A DNA stretch of 48,815 nt. It comes from Candidatus Aenigmatarchaeota archaeon (GTDB lineage: Archaea > Aenigmatarchaeota > Aenigmatarchaeia > Aenigmatarchaeales > JACQIB01). Location of the stretch: positions 1-48,815 of the forward strand of contig JAWABM010000002.1 of assembly GCA_038999215.1 (NCBI GenBank), read 5' to 3'. The notes beneath the pieces were generated by a model that worked only from the letters and a program-made list of their open reading frames with translations, made no database searches and was not told the DNA's origin. Of the stretch, positions 42,820 to 48,815 are shown piece by piece. The position numbers and the translations under genes were made by a program. The stretch's first letter is position 1, and the number at the start of each line of letters is the position of its first letter.

Positions 42820-43284
42820 ATGAAAAGGGAGACCAAGAACAGACTATTCGCGCTTTTCGTGCTGTTCACTTTCATCGGGGGCAGCGCGGCGCTCGCGATA
42901 ATGTCGGCCTTCGAGCCTGCGGTAAAGCCCAGCGTGCAGCTGGCCTATACGAAGCCGTTGGCTAATGAGGAGGAGGCCTCTTTCTTCAGGGAGAACAAGA
43001 TAGTACTGAAGTATTTCACATCAGATGATTGCGGCAAGCCGTGCGAAGACGCGTCATTACTTGTAAGCGACCTCTTCCAGCGCATGCAGGGAAGCATGGT
43101 GGTAGAAACAATAAGCATTGACGACTATCCTGATGAGGCTGCCAGGTATGACATTGCGGCAGCTCCCTATTTTGTCTTCAGAGGCAAGACCGAAGCGAAG
43201 CTTAACGGCAGCGCGACATATGACGAACTTGTGGCAACGGCCTGCGGCATGTTCTTCTCGGAGAATGACGTCTGTATCACTTAG
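42820..43284 (+). CDS. membrane-anchored thioredoxin-fold protein with atypical CGKPC motif
   Basis: N-terminal TM LFALFVLFTFIGGSAALAIM, then VLKYFTSDDCGKPCED (CxxxC at 43030-43044) and AAPYFVF (cis-Pro-like context). It starts 2 nt after the trxB stop. Confidence 0.55.
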   Translation: MKRETKNRLFALFVLFTFIGGSAALAIMSAFEPAVKPSVQLAYTKPLANEEEASFFRENKIVLKYFTSDDCGKPCEDASLLVSDLFQRMQGSMVVETISIDDYPDEAARYDIAAAPYFVFRGKTEAKLNGSATYDELVATACGMFFSENDVCIT

Positions 43285-43417
43285 ATTCGGCTATTTCCCT
43301 TTCCGCTTCCTCTATTTCCTTTTGGAACTTCCTTATTATCGCCACGAGTTGCTCTGGCTCTGTATTGAGCGTTCTTGCGGCTTCGCTTACCAATTTTTCC
43401 TTCTCTCTCAGGTTCAT
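43277..43417 (-). CDS. small coiled-coil ORF (46 aa), not in the ORF track
   Basis: My own translation gives MNLREKEKLVSEAARTLNTEPEQLVAIIRKFQKEIEEAEREIAESK. AAGGTG lies 7-8 nt upstream of the ATG, which sits 2 nt after the HAD gene stop. Confidence 0.4.
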   Translation of the reverse strand: MNLREKEKLVSEAARTLNTEPEQLVAIIRKFQKEIEEAEREIAESK

Positions 43418-43419
43418 AG

Positions 43420-44061
43420 TCACACCTTAAGATCTGTCACTTTGTCGATTATTATGTCGGCTCCCTCGTCTTCGGCATCCTTCCTGCTCATCGCGCCGGT
43501 GAGAACTGCCACCGTCTTCACTCCGGCGGCCTTTCCCATCCTAATATCGTCCGGCGCGTCGCCGACGTAGAGCATGTCCTCCTTCTTCACCTTGTAATAT
43601 GATGCCATTTTCGCCAGCATGTCCGGGTAGGGCTTGCCGCGTTTTATGTCGTCCGGCGTCAATATCATGTTGAACATTCCGGCAAGCCCTAGTTCTTTCA
43701 GCCAGAACTCCATCACTTCCCTCTTGTTTCCTGTTGCGACGGCAATCAGTATGCCCCTTTTCTTGAGCCCGCTCAGAAAGTCTTCGATGCCTTCCAGCTT
43801 GTTGAGCTTGCTAGGATAGTCCGGGGCCGTAAGCTCTTTCATGAGTTCGGCCATTACGTCCCTTCTGTTTTCGAAGCTTTCTTCGGGCAATATGCTCCTT
43901 GCTATCTCGTCATAGGACTTGCCGAAGTTTTCCTTTATCACCTGCTCGGTAAGCTTGCAGCTTATGCCGCGCTTTTTCATGACTTTCATCCATGTCTCAA
44001 TGTGGGCCTTTGTTGACCTCACAATGACGCCGTCGAAATCGAATACGATGAGCCTTATCAT
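43420..44061 (-). CDS. HAD-superfamily hydrolase (phosphoglycolate phosphatase/PGMB-like)
   Basis: Track ORF trimmed to ATG 44061 (MIRLIVFDFDGVIV), which overlaps the alaS stop (ATGA). HAD motifs DFDG, VATGN, KPYP and YVGDAPDD. Confidence 0.85.
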   Translation of the reverse strand: MIRLIVFDFDGVIVRSTKAHIETWMKVMKKRGISCKLTEQVIKENFGKSYDEIARSILPEESFENRRDVMAELMKELTAPDYPSKLNKLEGIEDFLSGLKKRGILIAVATGNKREVMEFWLKELGLAGMFNMILTPDDIKRGKPYPDMLAKMASYYKVKKEDMLYVGDAPDDIRMGKAAGVKTVAVLTGAMSRKDAEDEGADIIIDKVTDLKV

Positions 44062-46769
44062 CTTATCAGCTCGGATATCATTCTGTTTATGAGCCCATCC
44101 AATTTGTTCTTCTCCATGCCTACGCCTTGCGCGAAGCTCTCGTTGCCTCCGCCCTTTCCTCCAAGATCTTTGCAGGCCTCGTGAACGAGCACAGAGGCGC
44201 TGAAGCCCATTTTTGCCGCCTGCTCTCCGACCGAGGCCAGGACAGATATCTTTTCCTTGCCTATGCCGAACAGGACGAACAGAGCATCGGGGGCATTGAG
44301 CCTCTTTGATATCTCCTGCAGCTGCCTGGCATCCGCTCCCTTGACTTTCTCGACAAGGACCCTCAATTCTCCCGATTTCTTGAAATTCAGCCCGCCCGTC
44401 ACGGCTTCGGCCTTCTTTTTCTTCAGCTTCTCCGCTTCCTTCCTCTTTTCCTTCCATTCCTCAAGGAGCTCGGCTGTCGCAGAGGGCACGTCCTCTTCCT
44501 TTACTCTCAAGGCCTCGGCGGCCAGCTTCAATATTTCCTCCCGCCTTTTGAGGAGATTTTCCGCCGCCTTGCCAGCCATGTAGATTATCCTGACTGTTCC
44601 GTCCGTCGGACGTTCTACCTTCGAGATTACTATCTGCCCTATCTCTTTTGTGTTGTCCACGTGCGTTCCGCCGCAGGCCTCATGCTCGAAGTCCCCGATG
44701 GAACACACCTTTAGCTTGCTGCTAGGCACCGCCGCCCCTTGGTATATCGTGAAGCCGAATTTCTTTTCCGCCTCCACCCTGTCCCACACCTTCTTGTCAA
44801 CAACATATCCTTTCTTCACGGCGTCATTCGCCATTTTTTCTATCTTTTCCACTTCTTCCGGCATGAGCGGCTCGTAGTGCGCCAGGTCTATGTGCGCCTT
44901 GTCCTCATCTTTCTTGCTCCCTTCCTGCCACATCCATGGGCCGATTATCTTTCTGGCCGAGCCGCTTATGAGGTGCGTCGCGGTGTGATGCGCGGTTATC
45001 TGCTCCCTTCTGGCCCTGTTCACGGAGCATTTGACTGTATCGCCCTCCTTGAACGAGGGCTCTTCGACCATATGCACTATAACATTGTTAGCGTTCTCCA
45101 CATCGTATACCCTGCAGTTTTCAATCAGGCCGTGGTCGGGTTCCTGCCCCCCTCCGCGCGGATAGAATGCGGTTTGGTCGAGCACCACCTTGCTGCCGTC
45201 AATTTTCAGAACATTGGCGCTGAATTCGAAGAGCTTGTCGTTGTCAAAGTAGAGCTTTCTTGTGGCCGGCAGCCCTTTGGTGTCCATTATTTCCTTCTTC
45301 TGCTCGGCCTTCTCGGCCGTATGCAGATCCGCCACGCTCGCCCAGAAGCCGGCCGGAATATTGACCTTCATTCCTTTCTTCGACGCCACCTGGGATACGA
45401 GTTCTGGCGTTATGCCTTGGCTGTCATAGAGCTGGATGAGCTTGTCTTCAGTAATAGGTTCTTCCCTTTCGAGCATGAGCTCAACGGCGCGCTGCGTGCG
45501 CTCCATCGCCCCGCGGTAGCGCTTCTCCTCCACGTCTATTATCTTTCGGAACTGCGGCATTGCCGAGGGCAGTTCTGGGAACATGGGCTTCAGGAACTGG
45601 GCCACATTCTCGGCGACCCAGCACACATCGAACGGGAAATTGTACTTCTCTATGAAGTTAAGCGCGCGCCTTAGCACGACCCTGAGGTTGTATCCGCCGC
45701 CGACGTTCGAAGGTATTCCGCCGTCGCTGATTGCGAACAGCAGGGTTTTCGCATGGTCGGCTATCGAGTATATTGCGACCATCGGGTCTATCTTCGAGAC
45801 CATCTCAGCCTTGTCTATGCCGAGCTTCTTCGCTATGTCGGCCCTGGCAGCCTCCACGTCTGGGCAGTCGTCAAAGTTCAGCTTCCCTGCCAGAGGCGAG
45901 TAGCGCATGAACAGATCTTTGTCGTACTTTATTCCGGCCTTCTTCTTGAGTGCGTCTATCACAGGACCGTATGTCGCATCATACAGCGTGGGTGCTCCTG
46001 AGCTTGCCCACACAAACCGTTCTAGTCCGGCGCCCATGTCTATTACTTTCTGCTTCATCTGGACATACTTGTCTGGCGTTCCTGCGAACTCGGTGAACAC
46101 GCAGTTTCCAAGTTCGACGCCTGAGACATGGTACTCGAGGCTGTAGCCGAATGCTCCGGCCCCCAGCCATACGTCCTCTAGAAAATTTATCTTCTCCGGC
46201 TTTATGCCGAAGACCTTGGTGAGCATGTTGTAGTCCAGTTCGATTGCTTTGTCCTTCCAGTAGCCTTGCTTGCCGTCCCATAGCGCGCTCTGTTGGACCA
46301 TGCAGAAGGAAGTGTCTGCCCTTCCTGTCACGCCGACGTTCGGTATGTTGTTGAACCTTAGGCACGGCTGGAGCATTATCGACGGGTTGGCCGGGAACTC
46401 GAACATCAGGTTCCCGTTGTCAATCCTGTAGAAATCCACTATGCCGGCGATTGTGAAGTACAGCGGGTACCAGCGGCAGACTGTAGGGAATCTTTGCAGC
46501 GGGACATGCCCCTCCTTTACGAAGTGTCTTTTGATAGCGTCCCATGCCTGGAAATAATCAAATTTCTTTTTTGTCACAGGTTTGCCCAAGAATTCGTACG
46601 GCCTGCATGAGGAGTCGTTGCAAACGTCCTGTTCCACCAGCGACCAGAAGAACTTGCCGCAGTTCTTGCAATGATATCTCTTGAAGCCGTTCTTCTGCAG
46701 CCATTCCAGCCCCCAATACCTCTTCCAGTCCTTCTGGAATTCCTTCATGAGACCCTTTTTGTCCATCAT
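44058..46769 (-). CDS. alaS: alanine--tRNA ligase (archaeal type)
   Basis: N-terminal Zn-binding start FKRYHCKNCGKFFWS, catalytic core, editing-domain HxxxH (TAHHTATHL) and CGGTH, and a C-terminal DHHA1-like segment GGKGGGNESFAQG. Start chosen at ATG 46769, which forms ATGA with the methyltransferase stop; the track ORF starts at 46796. Confidence 0.95.
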   Translation of the reverse strand: MMDKKGLMKEFQKDWKRYWGLEWLQKNGFKRYHCKNCGKFFWSLVEQDVCNDSSCRPYEFLGKPVTKKKFDYFQAWDAIKRHFVKEGHVPLQRFPTVCRWYPLYFTIAGIVDFYRIDNGNLMFEFPANPSIMLQPCLRFNNIPNVGVTGRADTSFCMVQQSALWDGKQGYWKDKAIELDYNMLTKVFGIKPEKINFLEDVWLGAGAFGYSLEYHVSGVELGNCVFTEFAGTPDKYVQMKQKVIDMGAGLERFVWASSGAPTLYDATYGPVIDALKKKAGIKYDKDLFMRYSPLAGKLNFDDCPDVEAARADIAKKLGIDKAEMVSKIDPMVAIYSIADHAKTLLFAISDGGIPSNVGGGYNLRVVLRRALNFIEKYNFPFDVCWVAENVAQFLKPMFPELPSAMPQFRKIIDVEEKRYRGAMERTQRAVELMLEREEPITEDKLIQLYDSQGITPELVSQVASKKGMKVNIPAGFWASVADLHTAEKAEQKKEIMDTKGLPATRKLYFDNDKLFEFSANVLKIDGSKVVLDQTAFYPRGGGQEPDHGLIENCRVYDVENANNVIVHMVEEPSFKEGDTVKCSVNRARREQITAHHTATHLISGSARKIIGPWMWQEGSKKDEDKAHIDLAHYEPLMPEEVEKIEKMANDAVKKGYVVDKKVWDRVEAEKKFGFTIYQGAAVPSSKLKVCSIGDFEHEACGGTHVDNTKEIGQIVISKVERPTDGTVRIIYMAGKAAENLLKRREEILKLAAEALRVKEEDVPSATAELLEEWKEKRKEAEKLKKKKAEAVTGGLNFKKSGELRVLVEKVKGADARQLQEISKRLNAPDALFVLFGIGKEKISVLASVGEQAAKMGFSASVLVHEACKDLGGKGGGNESFAQGVGMEKNKLDGLINRMISELIR

Positions 46770-47362
46770 ATCTTCCTCGCGTGCAGGTTTATCCATCTTA
46801 TTTTCTTGAATTTTTTGTCTCTTGTTATGTGGGACTTAATTATTTTAAAGCCGCTGTCCCTTAATAATCTTTCCAGTTCGTCTTTTCGGTAATAGGAAAA
46901 GAACCTTTTGCCAAGATCTTTATGACTTTCATATTTTTCTCTGCTGCCAGCCTTGACGGCAATGAACATAATGCCCCCATGCTTAAGCACCTTCCTGAAG
47001 CCCGTCAGCACCTTTTTTACCTGGGATTTTTTGATGTGTAGCAGCGAAGCACATACCCACAGGCCGTCAAAGCTGTTTTCGGGGAACCGCAACTTCCGCA
47101 TGTCCATTTTGACGAACCTTGCCGTCTTCACCCTTTTTCTTGCTTCTTTAAGCATGCCAACGGAAGCGTCTATTCCTATGGCCCTACAACCATGTTCTGT
47201 CAGCCATTTACAATCCTGTCCAGGCCCGCATCCAATATCTAGTACGTTTTTCCCTTTAAGGCGGCTCCTGAAGAATTTCAGTTCGCCGACAAGCAATCTT
47301 TTGAACCAGCGCTCTGCAAAAGTGCCGGCTAGCTCGTCGTATGTATCGATGGTCTTGTTCAT
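46766..47362 (-). CDS. class I SAM-dependent methyltransferase
   Basis: Motif I VLDIGCGPGQD, then AIGIDAS and FDGLWVCASLLH; 198 aa. Confidence 0.8.
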   Translation of the reverse strand: MNKTIDTYDELAGTFAERWFKRLLVGELKFFRSRLKGKNVLDIGCGPGQDCKWLTEHGCRAIGIDASVGMLKEARKRVKTARFVKMDMRKLRFPENSFDGLWVCASLLHIKKSQVKKVLTGFRKVLKHGGIMFIAVKAGSREKYESHKDLGKRFFSYYRKDELERLLRDSGFKIIKSHITRDKKFKKIRWINLHARKI

Positions 47363-47440
47363 AATACTTACTAAACATCCGCATAGAAAAACCTAATGCT
47401 AGGGCTAACGGTGAGGAGCAGGGAAGGACTGATTCAGCCT

Positions 47441-47740
47441 TCAACCGAAAAGTGCCCCTAGTCCTGCCGCAGCCTCTTCAGCCTTCTTTTCCACGTCCTC
47501 TTCTTTCTTCTCTTCCTTCTTCTCTGCAGGTGCCGCAGCAGCCGCAGGTGCCGCAGCCACCGGCATCGCCGCCTTGCTTATAGCCTCGTCGATGTTCACT
47601 CCCTCGAGCGTCGAGACGAGCGCCTTTACCTTGGCTTCGTCAACCTTTCCGCCCGCAGCTTCCATGATTTTCTTGACGTGCTCCTCGTTTATCGGTTGCT
47701 TCATGCTGTGCAGCAACAATGCCGCATATATCATTTCCAT
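47441..47740 (-). CDS. rpl12: 50S ribosomal stalk protein P1 (L12e)
   Basis: [30 protein letters not shown], an Ala/Pro hinge, an acidic [13 protein letters not shown] tract, and the C-terminal GLGALFG. Confidence 0.9.
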   Translation of the reverse strand: MEMIYAALLLHSMKQPINEEHVKKIMEAAGGKVDEAKVKALVSTLEGVNIDEAISKAAMPVAAAPAAAAAPAEKKEEKKEEDVEKKAEEAAAGLGALFG

Positions 47741-47758
47741 TTTTTATTACCTCCTTGA

Positions 47759-48613
47759 TCATTCTGGGACCTTTTCCTTCAGGGCATCAGCCTGCCTTTT
47801 CCCTTTGGCAAGCAGGTCCTCTATCACGCCCTTCTCGAGTATTCCGGCCTCCAAACCCAGCGTTTTCGCGTTTATGAAGGCCTTGATTATCATTGGTCCG
47901 ATTGTCTGCTTCGTCGCCCAGCCGGCGTTCACTGCCAAATTGAGCGCCTGGGCAGCGGCCAGGCTGATGTCGCCGAGCATCTTGCCCTCGTCGACTGCCA
48001 GCACGTCCTTCGTGAATATTGTGCCGTTCTCCCAGAGCGCTGTGACGTCCAGACCTACCTCCATTGGCTGTATCTTGAGCATGCTCAGCACTGCTGCAAG
48101 GTCGGGCGATATCACGTCGCCCTTCTTCGCGACAACGGTGTCCTTTATCACTGCTATTTTGCCGCCCTCGACCTTGGCCTGTATCTTCACCTTGCTCAGG
48201 GTTGTTATTGCAGGGCCTGGCGGAAGGTCTGTCGGCCCCGCGGGCGCGACTATATCGTCCATAGCGACGTCTCCTGCCTTGGCAGCGACCTTGCTCTTGG
48301 ATTTCTGTATCGTTTTGTAAAGCTTGAAAGGGTTCATGTTGGAGAATATGAGGCCCGGTTGAGTGACCATATGCCCCTTGAGCGCGCTCTTCTCTCCGGC
48401 TTTCTCTAGCGCCCTCATTATGAGTTCCTTCTTCGTAACTACGATTTTCGCCCCTTCCTTGAGCGAATAGCGCATGCTCTGCAACGGCGCAGCTGGCATC
48501 TTGTGGATGTTTATTATACCAACTACCGGGCTCTCGGCTATGAGCCTGCTGAGCTCTTCCACTTTCTCCAGCTTGTCCTTCCTCGGCTCCTTTCTGCCCT
48601 TCTTTTCTGGCAT
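47759..48613 (-). CDS. rpl10: 50S ribosomal stalk protein P0 (uL10)
   Basis: Lies between L1 and P1 genes as in archaeal stalk operons. Segments: LEKVEELSRLIAESPVVGIINIHKMPAAPLQSMRYSLKEGAKIVVTKK. Confidence 0.85.
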   Translation of the reverse strand: MPEKKGRKEPRKDKLEKVEELSRLIAESPVVGIINIHKMPAAPLQSMRYSLKEGAKIVVTKKELIMRALEKAGEKSALKGHMVTQPGLIFSNMNPFKLYKTIQKSKSKVAAKAGDVAMDDIVAPAGPTDLPPGPAITTLSKVKIQAKVEGGKIAVIKDTVVAKKGDVISPDLAAVLSMLKIQPMEVGLDVTALWENGTIFTKDVLAVDEGKMLGDISLAAAQALNLAVNAGWATKQTIGPMIIKAFINAKTLGLEAGILEKGVIEDLLAKGKRQADALKEKVPE

Positions 48614-48617
48614 AGCA

Positions 48618-48815
48618 TCACTTTATTATTATTTTCACAGGCTTACCCATCGTGAGCTTGACATAAGCGTTCCTTATCTGGTTGATGCCTTTCGGCAGCG
48701 CGCTTTCGACTGCCTTGACAACAGCGAAGGCGTTGTCAGCTATGTCCTCGTCGCTCATGTCCTCGTGACCTATCCTGCAGTGCGCTGCGGGGCTGTCCTT
48801 GACAGCCACCCTCAC
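48618..48815 (-). CDS. rpl1: 50S ribosomal protein uL1, C-terminal part (N-terminus outside the window)
   Basis: HCRIGHEDMSDEDIADNAFAVVKAVESALPKGINQIRNAYVKLTMGKPVKI matches the uL1 C-terminal pattern. It sits upstream of P0. Confidence 0.8.
   Translation of the reverse strand: MRVAVKDSPAAHCRIGHEDMSDEDIADNAFAVVKAVESALPKGINQIRNAYVKLTMGKPVKIIIK

Overview
Gene-dense archaeal chromosomal window. The archaeal call rests on Orc1/Cdc6, family-B DNA polymerase, archaeal DnaG, RadA, RPA, a histone, archaeosine genes, ribosomal proteins P0/P1/L1 and NAC. Lineage cannot be fixed without a database search. All family calls come from motifs I recognise in the supplied translations or in my own translations; no search was run. 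Genes are tightly packed: many ATGA or TGATG start/stop overlaps, seven convergent pairs with overlapping 3' ends, and TATA boxes 25-30 nt ahead of start codons, which suggests leaderless mRNAs. Main blocks, in order: (1) lipid and secretion genes, namely a GT-C-like membrane protein, geranylgeranyl reductase, secF-secD, NAC and a TctA-like permease. (2) A replication operon orc1/cdc6 -> degenerate DP1/B-subunit-like gene -> polB with a C-terminal Zn ribbon, next to an origin-like intergenic region. (3) Housekeeping genes: XRE regulator, CBS protein, DUF167, dnaG, two aminopeptidases. (4) Archaeosine genes: a RaSEA-ArcS-like fusion and tgtA. (5) A 1102-aa sequon-rich beta-helix surface protein. 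(6) A 618-bp non-coding field of helically phased GTGAA/TTCAC iterons upstream of a divergent AAA+/winged-helix gene. (7) radA, an RPA-like gene and a histone gene. (8) A lower-GC islet of small winged-helix and orphan genes, plus tRNA-Gln. (9) A dNTP-synthesis island: ATP-cone nuclease-like gene, nrdG, glutaredoxin-like gene, nrdD, cobA, nrdJ, trxB and a thioredoxin-like gene. (10) methyltransferase-alaS-HAD-small ORF, then rpl12-rpl10-rpl1. The most interesting items are the iteron field with its initiator-like ATPase, the eukaryote-like PolB plus dead B-subunit pairing, a recurrent TATAAC-N3-GTTATA palindrome, the RaSEA-ArcS fusion, and the ATP-cone/PD-(D/E)xK protein beside the RNR genes.
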